Source of the DNA: Gammaproteobacteria bacterium
GTDB taxonomy: Bacteria; Pseudomonadota; Gammaproteobacteria; Eutrophobiales; Eutrophobiaceae
Length of the DNA: 64,000 bases
Direction: 5' to 3'
Assembly (NCBI GenBank): GCA_965222155.1
Contig: CBDCTH010000012.1
Span: 2,944,001-3,008,000, forward strand
Of the stretch, positions 30,601 to 39,823 are shown in pieces. How positions within the stretch are numbered: the stretch's first letter is position 1; each line of letters begins with the position of its first letter. The notes beneath the pieces were generated by a model. The model was not told where the DNA came from. It was given only the letters and a program-made list of their open reading frames with translations, and did not search any database. The position numbers and the translations under genes were made by a program.

Positions 30601-30902
30601 GACTGTATCCTCTCACTTTGAAAAAGGGAAAAATAGTGCCCGATTGGGAAAATTTCAAGTCCGTGATGTGAAATTCAGCAATCCTCGTCCCTACATGATA
30701 GGGGCCTGCCCCGTACATGTTGCGGGATTCAGAAACGGTAGGCCGCTTCCACCCCCCAGGTACGCGGGGCGCCCGGTACGTAGCGGTGCATGCCCCCTCC
30801 GGTAGCCGGGTCATTATAACAGATCAAATTAATTCCACTAAAATTTGACATGTCCGCAACAGTTCAATGAAAATTCAGTTGTCGCCCTGCGCCTGGTCGT
30901 CT

Positions 30903-31451
30903 TTACTTTATACCGATTGTCATACGCCGCAAGGTATCGTCTTTGAGCCTGAAATGGTGATACAGGGCCGCCAGGACGTGTACGCTCAAAAACACCAGCA
31001 GCAGGATTGGAAATAACTCGTGCAGGGAGCCCATGAACTCATTCATAGCTTCGTTCTCTTCCATTGGAAAAGCCACCTCGAACAGACCGAAGAAAGGCAC
31101 CTTGAATCCAGCTGTGGCAAATCGGGCCATCCCGCTGAGCGCCTGGGCAAACAGCAGGGCATACAACCCGTAGTGGACCGTTCTTGACAGGACATGCTGC
31201 CAGGTGGGAATGTGCGGCATCCTGGCGGGGATGACGTTCAGCCAGCGCCAGATCAGGCGCGCCGTCAATACGGACAGGAGCAGCAGGCCGAACGAGGCGT
31301 GCAGGAGTATCAGTTCCAGTTTTTCCGGACCCCTGGGCAGGTCTCCCGACTTCGAGGCAATGGCTATCAGCACGATGACAATGGCCAGCACCAGCCAGTG
31401 CAATGTTTTACTTATCGTCCCAAATTCTTTTTCAGTGTTTTTAGTTGGCAT
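30903..31451 (-). CDS. Cytochrome b561 family protein
   Basis: LHWL, LHASFG, VHYGLY, LHE, HVLAALYHH..DDTLRRM. Confidence 0.9.
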   Translation of the reverse strand: MPTKNTEKEFGTISKTLHWLVLAIVIVLIAIASKSGDLPRGPEKLELILLHASFGLLLLSVLTARLIWRWLNVIPARMPHIPTWQHVLSRTVHYGLYALLFAQALSGMARFATAGFKVPFFGLFEVAFPMEENEAMNEFMGSLHELFPILLLVFLSVHVLAALYHHFRLKDDTLRRMTIGIK

Positions 31452-31469
31452 AGTATTCTCCTCATGGAG

Positions 31470-31545
31470 TGGTGGGTCGTGCAGGAGTCGAACCTGCGAC
31501 CAACTGATTAAAAGTCAGCTGCTCTACCGACTGAGCTAACGACCC
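31470..31545 (-). tRNA. tRNA-Lys (UUU)
   Basis: GGGTCGTTAGCTCAGTCGGTAGAGCAGCTGACT-TTT-AATCAGTTGGTCGCAGGTTCGACTCCTGCACGACCCACCA; 76 nt, encoded CCA. Confidence 0.98.
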
Positions 31546-31698
31546 GGGGACAATCAAAAAAACCGGAGTTCCCCCAAGCGGCGCCGAAGCGGCGCGCGGC
31601 GCGGAACCTCACCCTCACGACAAACAAACCTGAGAGGTGATAATACCGGAGATTTCACTCACGGTAAAACGCGCGGCCATAATTCCGGCCGGCATCGC

Positions 31699-32391
31699 TT
31701 ATCTTTGTTTGAACGAGGCAAGAACCTGGGTGTATTCACTCGGGTACAGGTTCGGGATGGCGTATTCCTTGCGGGTCATCCTGACCAGACCCGTGCCCGG
31801 CGCGTACCACTGTGTTTGCTCCACCTTGATGATCCTGATGCCCAGCATGAGACGGCGCGGCAGGTCGAGGAAACCGACCGTATCGATACGCAGGCACCGG
31901 GGGAAATGGCCGGCGGGGACGTCCACCGGGTCGTCCAGGCTGGTAATCGTGTAATCGAGAACCAAGCCCCGGCTGATCCTGTACCAGTTCTCTTCCAGTT
32001 TTTTCGGCAAGTCAAACAAATGAAGTCCGGACGCGGCACTCCATTCCGTCCCCACGCTTAACGGATAGCCGATAACCCGCTCGGCGCTGTCATCAGCGGG
32101 GGCCTTACGGCTGATTCCATCCGTTGACCTGATGAAAAAATACGTCTTCCCGTTTGCGTATACCTGCGGGTAGTAAGTGATCCCGTCAACCGTCCTGGCC
32201 GGGAGATTACGTACGATGGATTTCTGTGTGACGGGTCCGGCAATTTCCGGAAACGTCCTGCTTATGTCATACGTCCATTCATAGCCGGGCGTCGTTGGAA
32301 AGTAGTCCGTATCAGGAGAAGAGCAAGATGGTACAAATAATAATACGACTATATACAGGGAACCTCTAATAATAGACATTTTTCGATACAC
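31699..32391 (-). CDS. Hypothetical lipoprotein (DUF3108-like C-terminus); start lies inside a MITE
   Basis: VPSC lipobox, DYFP...W.Y, VDVPAGHF..C, WYAPGTGLV. Confidence 0.75.
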   Translation of the reverse strand: MYRKMSIIRGSLYIVVLLFVPSCSSPDTDYFPTTPGYEWTYDISRTFPEIAGPVTQKSIVRNLPARTVDGITYYPQVYANGKTYFFIRSTDGISRKAPADDSAERVIGYPLSVGTEWSAASGLHLFDLPKKLEENWYRISRGLVLDYTITSLDDPVDVPAGHFPRCLRIDTVGFLDLPRRLMLGIRIIKVEQTQWYAPGTGLVRMTRKEYAIPNLYPSEYTQVLASFKQR

Positions 32392-32457
32392 AGGGTCGCT
32401 AACTTATTGAAATCATTGACCTCTAATATATCAATTTGTGAATAAATAGAGGTTCCC
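32358..32457 (-). mobile_element. 100-bp MITE copy 2 (4-bp target duplication TACA)
   Basis: Reverse complement of 16997-17096 with few differences; TACA on both sides. Confidence 0.92.
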
Positions 32458-32472
32458 TACAGAATATGAGGG

Positions 32473-32496
32473 GGGGACGGAATTAATTCCGTCCCC
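32473..32496. repeat. Palindrome family B copy 3
   Basis: Perfect 24-bp palindrome GGGGACGGAATTAATTCCGTCCCC. Confidence 0.8.
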
Positions 32497-32544
32497 TGAC
32501 TGCCGCCCCGGCTGCCTAATTCCATCCCCATTTCTTAACCGGTT

Positions 32545-34008
32545 TCATTTTCTTAACTTCATGTCCCGTTCCAGTTCCAGCTCCTGTTCCAGGAATGCCA
32601 TACGGGCCTTGATACGCTCTGTCTGATAATAATCCGGGCGGGGTTCCGGCTGGCGTAACAGGTGTTTGAGTTGTTCAATGGCCACCTGGGTTTCTCCGGT
32701 AAGAAAATAATATTCAGCGTTGGCAATACTGGATTCAATCGGGTTGTCCGCTTCGGCCTCGGCCCGGGTCAGGTAATCGAAATACGTGATATCCGGGGCC
32801 TGGAACTTGCCGTATTCGCGCAGCTTGTCGCGGGCCAGATAAGGTTGTCCGGCTTTCAACAAGGCATTGGTATAGTTCAGCACCAGCGGGCGGTAGTCCG
32901 GGTACAACTGTTCGGCTTTTGAGAAAATCCGGAATGCCGCGTCATAATTTCCCTGGTTAACCTCAATGTCAGCCGAGGCCAGCAGATATGTGATGTTTTC
33001 CGGGTCGTCGTACAGCAACAGGCGCGCCTGTTCCCGCGCCAGTGCATACTGGCCGTCCGCCGTCAATGCAATGATATAGCCATAGCGATCGGCATCCCTG
33101 TCATTCCCCTGTTCTGCGCCGGCCAGCCGGCGGGAAAAAAATTCGATGGCGCGGCGGGGAGTCTTCTGGGACATGGCAATCAATTTTGCCCTGACCAGGG
33201 GAAAACTTTGGCTTTCATCATGACCATGCGTGCCGGAATAGGCCGCTGCCCGCGCGCCGGCATCGGCAATCCGGCGCGTCGTTAACGGATGGGTACGAAG
33301 AAACTCCGGGGCCTGGGCGGAAAAACGTGAACTTTGTTGCAGTTTTCTGAAGAAACCCGCCATCCCCCGAGGATTGAATCCCGAGCGCGCCAGCAATTGG
33401 ATCCCTATGCGGTCCGCTTCCTGCTCGTTGGTGCGGGTGAAATTGATCCGTGCCTGTGCAGAGGCGCCCTGCACCGCCATCAGCGCGGCTTGACCGGCAT
33501 CGGGGTTCTGGGTGGCAATCAGGATGGCCCCCAGCATGGCAGCCAGCGTCGGGATACTCATTTTTTTTGACATTTCCACGGACCTTGCCATGTGTTTCTG
33601 GGTCACGTGGGCGATTTCATGGGCCATGACTCCGGCGAGCTCGCTCTCTGAGTCGGAATTCAGTATCACGCCGCTGTTAATCCCGACAATGCCGCCGGGT
33701 GCGGCAAACGCGTTTATCAGCGAATCGTTAATAACAAAGAAGGTAAACTGCTGCTCGTTGTTATCGCTTTGGGAAACCAGCTGGTAACCGATCGACTCGA
33801 TATAGGTATTGATTTCAGGATCGGATATGATATCCGCCTGTTTCCTTACCTGGCTGAGAAATGCCTGTCCCAGTCGTCTTTCAAACTCCGGGCTCAGCAG
33901 TCCCCCGGTCGAATCACCGATATCCGGCAAGTCCAGAGTCGTCACCTCGGCTGTGGCTGCTGCGCACAGGCAAAAAGCCAGCAGGAGGCAGATTCCCATT
34001 TGTTTCAT
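32545..34008 (-). CDS. bepA: M48 metalloprotease BepA/YfgC with TPR domain
   Basis: LPDIG, INAFAAPGG, ESELAGVMAHEIAH, EQEADRIG, LRTHPL. Confidence 0.9.
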   Translation of the reverse strand: MKQMGICLLLAFCLCAAATAEVTTLDLPDIGDSTGGLLSPEFERRLGQAFLSQVRKQADIISDPEINTYIESIGYQLVSQSDNNEQQFTFFVINDSLINAFAAPGGIVGINSGVILNSDSESELAGVMAHEIAHVTQKHMARSVEMSKKMSIPTLAAMLGAILIATQNPDAGQAALMAVQGASAQARINFTRTNEQEADRIGIQLLARSGFNPRGMAGFFRKLQQSSRFSAQAPEFLRTHPLTTRRIADAGARAAAYSGTHGHDESQSFPLVRAKLIAMSQKTPRRAIEFFSRRLAGAEQGNDRDADRYGYIIALTADGQYALAREQARLLLYDDPENITYLLASADIEVNQGNYDAAFRIFSKAEQLYPDYRPLVLNYTNALLKAGQPYLARDKLREYGKFQAPDITYFDYLTRAEAEADNPIESSIANAEYYFLTGETQVAIEQLKHLLRQPEPRPDYYQTERIKARMAFLEQELELERDMKLRK

Positions 34009-34156
34009 TGGGCTGTATTATCTGTGATCATACTGTATAGAGTTAACCAGGTTAACGGAGTTCCCGTCCCTCTGCATACCCTGATGAGAAACCCAAGGTA
34101 AACATGTAACATATCGCATTTTGAACGTCATTTCATGACAAAGAGGAAATTTTTCA

Positions 34157-35428
34157 ATGGCTGAGGCAAAAAACGCTTTTTACGCTCAATCTGGAGGGGT
34201 GACGGCCGTCATTAATGCCAGCGCCTGTGCCGTGATAGAAACCGCGCGCCGGCATCCGGACAAAATTGCCAACGTCTACGCCGGCCGTAACGGTATCATC
34301 GGCGCGTTGACCGAGGACCTGATCGACACGGGACAGGAGCCCGCGGCTGCCATCGCCGCGTTACGCCATACACCCTCGGGCGCTTTCGGTTCGTGCCGCT
34401 ACAAGCTGAAGGGGCAGGAAGAGAGCCGGGCTGAATATGAACGTTTGATCGAGGTCTTCAAGGCCCATAACATCGGTTACTTTTTCTATAACGGCGGCGG
34501 GGACTCTGCCGACACCTGTCACAAGGTCTCTCAACTGTCGGCACAGTGGGGTTTCCCGATACAGGCGATACATATTCCCAAGACGATAGACAATGACCTC
34601 CCCGTCACTGACAACTGCCCCGGGTTTGGTTCGGTAGCCAAGTATGTCGCGGTGTCGGTACGCGAGGCGTCCTACGATGTCCGGTCAATGGCGAAAACGT
34701 CCACCAAGGTATTCATTATGGAAGTCATGGGGCGCCATGCCGGCTGGATTGCCGCCGCGGGCGGACTGGCTGCAGACCGGGATAATGATATCCCGGTGGT
34801 GATCCTGTTTCCCGAAATCCCGTTCGACCAGGAGGGCTTTCTTGCCAGGGTACGGGATTGCGTCACACGCCATGACTATTGTTCCGTTGTCGTCTCGGAA
34901 GGCGCGCGCTGGCCTGACGGCCGCTTCCTCGCGGAACAAGGCACGACGGACGCCTTTGGTCATGCCCAGCTGGGCGGCGCAGCTCCCCTGGTGGCAAACC
35001 TGGTCAAGCAGCAACTGGGATACAAATATCACTGGGCTGTCGCCGATTACCTGCAACGCGCGGCGCGCCACATCGCCTCGAAGACCGATGTTGAACAGGC
35101 TTATTCCCTGGGCAGGGCTGCCGTGGAGTTCGCCCTGGCCGGGCACAACGCGATTATGCCCGTGATTGTCCGTACCTCTGATAACCCGTATCGCTGGGAG
35201 ATAGGTCAGGCGGACCTGGCGGACGTGGCCAACGCAGAAAAATTCATGCCCAGGGAATTCATCAGCGCAGACGGTTTCGGTATCACGCCAGCGTGCCGCA
35301 GCTACCTGGAACCCTTAATCCAGGGAGAAGACTATCCTCCCTACCGCAACGGCATGCCGGAATACGTGCGCCTGTTGAACGCGCCGGTTGCAAAAAAAAT
35401 ACACGCCGGGTTTGAACTTCGTCGCTAA
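34157..35428 (+). CDS. pfp: 6-phosphofructokinase, likely PPi-dependent
   Basis: QSGGVTAVIN, NGGGDS (Asp at the phosphoryl-donor position), PKTIDND, EVMGRHAGW. Confidence 0.88.
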   Translation: MAEAKNAFYAQSGGVTAVINASACAVIETARRHPDKIANVYAGRNGIIGALTEDLIDTGQEPAAAIAALRHTPSGAFGSCRYKLKGQEESRAEYERLIEVFKAHNIGYFFYNGGGDSADTCHKVSQLSAQWGFPIQAIHIPKTIDNDLPVTDNCPGFGSVAKYVAVSVREASYDVRSMAKTSTKVFIMEVMGRHAGWIAAAGGLAADRDNDIPVVILFPEIPFDQEGFLARVRDCVTRHDYCSVVVSEGARWPDGRFLAEQGTTDAFGHAQLGGAAPLVANLVKQQLGYKYHWAVADYLQRAARHIASKTDVEQAYSLGRAAVEFALAGHNAIMPVIVRTSDNPYRWEIGQADLADVANAEKFMPREFISADGFGITPACRSYLEPLIQGEDYPPYRNGMPEYVRLLNAPVAKKIHAGFELRR

Positions 35429-35525
35429 ATCTATAAACTGTCAGCTTTTCATAGAATAAATAATCCGTGTTGCGCGAGCCTGAACGCGCCTCAATCACAA
35501 ACCTTATCACTTAAAGGAGCACACA

Positions 35526-37538
35526 ATGTCGCCATTGGACCTCGCCTTGATATGCAGTGTTATCGCCATCCTGTATGGTATCTTTTCCGTGCGCTGGATA
35601 CTCGCACAGCCCGAAGGGAATGAACGTATGCGGGAGATCGCCGCGGCCATACAGCAGGGCGCATCCGCCTACCTTAACCGGCAGTACGCCACCATCGGCG
35701 GGGTCGGCGTTATCCTGTTTATTGTGCTGGGATTCGTGCTCGACTGGTACACGGGATTCGGATTTTTAATCGGCGCCCTGTTCTCCGCCGCCGCAGGGTA
35801 TATCGGCATGAACATTTCCGTGCGGGCCAACCTGCGTACTGCCGAGGCCGCCAACAGTGGCATGAATGCCGCATTGACGGTTGCCTTCCGGGGCGGCGCG
35901 ATTACCGGATTGCTGGTCGTCGGACTGGGCCTGCTGGGCGTGGCCGGTTACTACGCCGTGCTGCAGAAACTCGGCGTCGACATCGACACCATCCTCCATG
36001 CCCTGATCGGACTCGGCTTCGGCGGTTCCCTGATTTCTATTTTTGCCCGGCTGGGCGGTGGAATTTTCACCAAGGGCGCCGACGTCGGCGCTGATCTGGT
36101 GGGTAAGGTTGAAGCCGGTATCCCGGAAGACGATCCGCGCAACCCCGCTGTGATCGCGGACAACGTCGGCGACAACGTCGGCGATTGTGCCGGCATGGCG
36201 GCAGACCTGTTTGAAACCTATGCCGTTACCGTGATAGCCACCATGTTGCTGGGCAGCCTGGTGGTCCCCGGGAATGAAAATATCGTGCTCTATCCGCTGG
36301 CGCTGGGCGGTGTTTCCATTATTGCCTCCATTATCGGCTGTCTCTTTGTCAAGGCCGGGGAGAACGGCACTATCATGGGCGCTTTGTACAAAGGACTGAT
36401 CGTTGCCGGCGTGCTGGCCGCCATCCTGTTTTATCCCATCACGAACTGGATGATGGCAGACATTGCCGGCATGTCGGCGGGGTCATTATATGCCTGCGCG
36501 CTGATCGGTCTGGCGCTGACGGCGGCCATGGTCTGGATTACGGAATATTACACCGGCACCGACTACGGGCCAGTAAAACACATTGCTGCCGCATCGGAAA
36601 CCGGTCATGCCACCAATATCATCGCCGGTATCGGCGTGTCCATGAAGTCGACCGCGTTGCCGGTGCTGGCAGTGTGCGCCAGTATCTGGGGCGCCTACGA
36701 ACTGGCCGAACTGTACGGCATTGCCATTGCCGCGACGGCGATGCTGTCAATGACCGGCATAATCGTCGCCCTGGACGCCTTCGGACCCATCACCGATAAC
36801 GCCGGTGGTATCGCCGAGATGGCGGACCTGGACGAAAAGATCCGCAACATCACCGACCCACTGGACGCAGTGGGAAATACCACCAAGGCGGTTACCAAGG
36901 GTTATGCCATCGGTTCAGCAGGCCTGGCTGCCCTGGTATTGTTCGGTGACTATACCCACGCCCTCGGGCAGGCCGGCATACACGTGGAATTTTCCCTGTC
37001 TGATCCGATGGTCATCATCGGCCTGTTTATCGGCGGCCTGGTGCCATACCTGTTCGGCGCCATGGCCATGGAAGCGGTCGGCCGTGCGGCCGGTTCGGTG
37101 GTGCTGGAAGTCCGGCGCCAGTTCAGGGAGATCCCGGGAATCATGGATGGCACAGGCAAGCCGGATTATACACGCGCCGTGGACCTGCTGACCAAATCGG
37201 CCATCAAGGAAATGATTATCCCCTCCCTGTTGCCGGTGCTGGTTCCGGTCATCGTCGGCATGGTAATGGGACCCGTGGCACTGGGCGGCCTGTTGCTGGG
37301 AACGATTGTGACCGGCCTGTTTGTCGCCATATCCATGACCACGGGAGGCGGCGCCTGGGATAACGCCAAGAAATATATTGAAGACGGCAATCTCGGCGGC
37401 AAGGGTTCTGAGGCGCACAAGGCAGCAGTAACCGGTGATACCGTCGGCGATCCCTACAAGGACACCGCCGGCCCGGCAGTCAATCCGCTGATTAAGATCA
37501 TCAATATCGTTGCCTTGCTGATCGTGCCGTTGATTTAG
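35526..37538 (+). CDS. hppA: Membrane H+-translocating pyrophosphatase, K+-independent type
   Basis: [31 protein letters not shown] (Lys marks K+-independent), [10 protein letters not shown]. Confidence 0.95.
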   Translation: MSPLDLALICSVIAILYGIFSVRWILAQPEGNERMREIAAAIQQGASAYLNRQYATIGGVGVILFIVLGFVLDWYTGFGFLIGALFSAAAGYIGMNISVRANLRTAEAANSGMNAALTVAFRGGAITGLLVVGLGLLGVAGYYAVLQKLGVDIDTILHALIGLGFGGSLISIFARLGGGIFTKGADVGADLVGKVEAGIPEDDPRNPAVIADNVGDNVGDCAGMAADLFETYAVTVIATMLLGSLVVPGNENIVLYPLALGGVSIIASIIGCLFVKAGENGTIMGALYKGLIVAGVLAAILFYPITNWMMADIAGMSAGSLYACALIGLALTAAMVWITEYYTGTDYGPVKHIAAASETGHATNIIAGIGVSMKSTALPVLAVCASIWGAYELAELYGIAIAATAMLSMTGIIVALDAFGPITDNAGGIAEMADLDEKIRNITDPLDAVGNTTKAVTKGYAIGSAGLAALVLFGDYTHALGQAGIHVEFSLSDPMVIIGLFIGGLVPYLFGAMAMEAVGRAAGSVVLEVRRQFREIPGIMDGTGKPDYTRAVDLLTKSAIKEMIIPSLLPVLVPVIVGMVMGPVALGGLLLGTIVTGLFVAISMTTGGGAWDNAKKYIEDGNLGGKGSEAHKAAVTGDTVGDPYKDTAGPAVNPLIKIINIVALLIVPLI

Positions 37539-37562
37539 GAACAGGGCGCAGGAAACAGCATC

Positions 37563-38036
37563 ATGTTTGTCGCCGCGTTTCTGTTATTTGTCGTCCTGAA
37601 TGAACCGCACCAGTTTTCCATGCTCGATCTCTGGGAGAAAAAATGCAGGGACGGTGATGTCGAGGCCTGTCAGCGGTTTGAGGATGCCCAGGCTGGCGTC
37701 AGGAAGCTGGAGCGACTGGATGGACTGGCCTTGCGCTATGGAGAGAACGCGAACCGGGACGAACTGGAAACAGACGGCAGACCCCTGCTGAATTTGGCCT
37801 ACAAACAGGTGATGGAAGACTTTATCGAAGCCGAACATAATCTGGGCAACAAGGAACTGAACTATGACGATGCCGCCGTCAGTTACTGCGCCGACCATTT
37901 TCATGATTACTGGATAAACAGAAAATTATGGTGGCCTACCGACGACAACGGGGATCCAAGCTGGACGGATATTTATTATTACATCGTCGACCACTACTAC
38001 GGCATCTGTCTGCGGCGCTATTTCAACCAGCTTTAA
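37563..38036 (+). CDS. Hypothetical membrane-anchored or exported protein
   Basis: 157 aa, hydrophobic N-terminus, four Cys, 24 bp after hppA with AGGA RBS. Confidence 0.7.
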   Translation: MFVAAFLLFVVLNEPHQFSMLDLWEKKCRDGDVEACQRFEDAQAGVRKLERLDGLALRYGENANRDELETDGRPLLNLAYKQVMEDFIEAEHNLGNKELNYDDAAVSYCADHFHDYWINRKLWWPTDDNGDPSWTDIYYYIVDHYYGICLRRYFNQL

Positions 38037-38140
38037 TCCACTTATTCCACGCGCTGCGGTTAACAACATGTACACGTGCCATAAACCGCTCTGCGGCGTC
38101 AAGTCGATCTAACCCGGATTTTTCATATATGGTTCGCCCC

Positions 38141-38430
38141 GGTATTGCAAGCACAATGTTCGCATTGACAAAGTGGGCATTGCAGCCCTATATCCGACCT
38201 CTTGATTGCGGGTCATTACGCCCGCGGGCCCCGATGGACTACGCGCCGTTGTGTCCTTATCACCAGGCCGGCTGTCACAGTGTGCGCCAGTGAGACATTC
38301 AGGGTCCCACAACGGCAGGGTTGCCTTGTTTGCCATCACGTTCATGTCGCTGCGCAATGCTTGGACGGTGTGTCCACTATCTGTTTATCCCGTTCAGTCT
38401 GTGAGTCATTCAATGTTAACCGGCAGGCGC
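38141..38430 (-). ncRNA. Putative seekRNA/bridge RNA region of the IS1111 element (RNA ends unknown)
   Basis: A 9-bp stem (38245-38253/38308-38316) encloses an 11-nt exact match to the reconstructed empty target and an opposite-strand 9-nt partial match. Confidence 0.75.
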
Positions 38431-39507
38431 TCAGGCGGCCGCTTCCACGTGGTCGGCCTGGTACCTCTCCTGCTTCACCAACAAGGCATACGCCGTGCGC
38501 GCCATGCGATTAGCCAGGGCGACCGCCGCCACATTCTTATGTCGGCGTCTTAACACATCTTGCACCCAGCGACTGCGCTTATCGGTTTTCTTGTCCGACA
38601 CCCGCAACACCGCACGGGCACCGTGTATCAGTAAACTGCGCACGTAACTGTCACCCCGTTTACTGATCCCCAACAACTGCTCACGCCCCCCGGTCGACTG
38701 CTGCCGCGGCACCAACCCCAACCAGGCCGCCAACTCCCGACCATGACGGAATGTCCGCACATCCCCCACCGCTGCCAATAACGCGGTCGCCGTGATCGGC
38801 CCGATGCCCGGCATGCTCATCAATCGCTGCGCCTGCTCATCGGTCTTGGCCCAGTGCGCAATCTGTGCCTCCAACGCCTCAATACGCGCATCCAATTGCA
38901 CCAGCGCCTCATACAAACCCTGTAGCAACGCCCGGAACGGGATACTCAACCCATTCTCGCCATCGTCCAGTATCTCAGGCAGCTTTGCCCGCACCCGGGT
39001 ACGACCCTGGCCTATCTCCACCCCCTGCTCCGCCAACAACCCGCGTACCTGATTCACCAACGCCGTGCGCTGACCCACCGCCAACGAGCGCACCCGATGG
39101 ATGCTCTGCTGGTCCTGTTGCACCGTCGTCTTCACCCCCACAAACCGCATCGTCGGCCGTTGCACCGCCTCACACACCGCCTCCGCATCCGCCCGGTCAC
39201 GCTTGTTCGACTTCACATACGCCTTCACAAACTGCGGCGCCATCAACTTCACCTCGTGACCCTACCCGCGCAACACCCGCGCCCAGTGATGCGCCCGACC
39301 GCACGCCTCCAGCCCCACCCGACACGGCGGCAACTGCGCCAGCACCGCATTGAACTTCTCAGGTTTGTACTTCCCCGTCAAACGCACCTTCCCACTGGCG
39401 TCCTGTCCACAAACCTCTATCCAGGTCTTGCCCAGGTCAACACCCACGACCGTTATCGTTGTCTCTTGCTCTGCTGTATTCATCCGTTTGTTGCTATACT
39501 GACTCAT
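38431..39507 (-). pseudogene. IS110 DEDD transposase/recombinase with one in-frame TAG
   Basis: VGVDLGK, GLEACG, KRDRADA, GLVPRQQSTGG, KRGD. The two ORFs are in the same frame, separated by TAG at 39262-39264 (VLRG*GHEVKLM). Confidence 0.92.
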
Positions 39508-39823
39508 GGTTCGCTCCTCCTACTGTTAATGAAAAAACTTCATTATGGCTCATTAAAGCCGAATGTATAAGTGAGGGGCGAACCATTCCATTACCAGGCC
39601 GCTAGTAGCTATCGGATACATGTTTGCTGTCAATGAGTCATGGTAATCTATTGACAATGTCATCATTACATACTGCGCTTGATGCGCCCTCGCTTGTCTT
39701 TTTGCCGCCAACGGGCACGTGCTCCCTCAACCAGAGCTACGGCTATGCTTTCGGTCGCAGGCACCCGCTGGCGGCAAAAATCCTGCGCGATCATCGCATC
39801 AACTGGTGAGATATGCGGGCTAA

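Larger units (their letters stand above)
38126..39593 (-). mobile_element. IS110 family element, IS1111 subgroup
   Basis: Perfect 12-bp sub-terminal IRs ATGGTTCGCCCC (38129-38140; 39575-39586), 3 and 7 bp from the ends; left end TAATGGA; about 300-bp non-coding region downstream of tnp; no TSD. Confidence 0.93.

Noticed and set aside
30680-30820. Weak REP-like GC hairpins between fmdB and cytochrome b561
   Set aside because: No clear second copy in the window.
31470-31545. tRNA-Lys as an integration site
   Set aside because: No integrase nearby and no duplicated tRNA 3' end noticed.
38109-38553. Small ORFs at the IS right end
   Set aside because: Better explained as the non-coding guide RNA region.
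39262-39264. Pyrrolysine or amber recoding
   Set aside because: TAG is a normal stop in dnaN, leuS and bioC, and there are no pyl genes.
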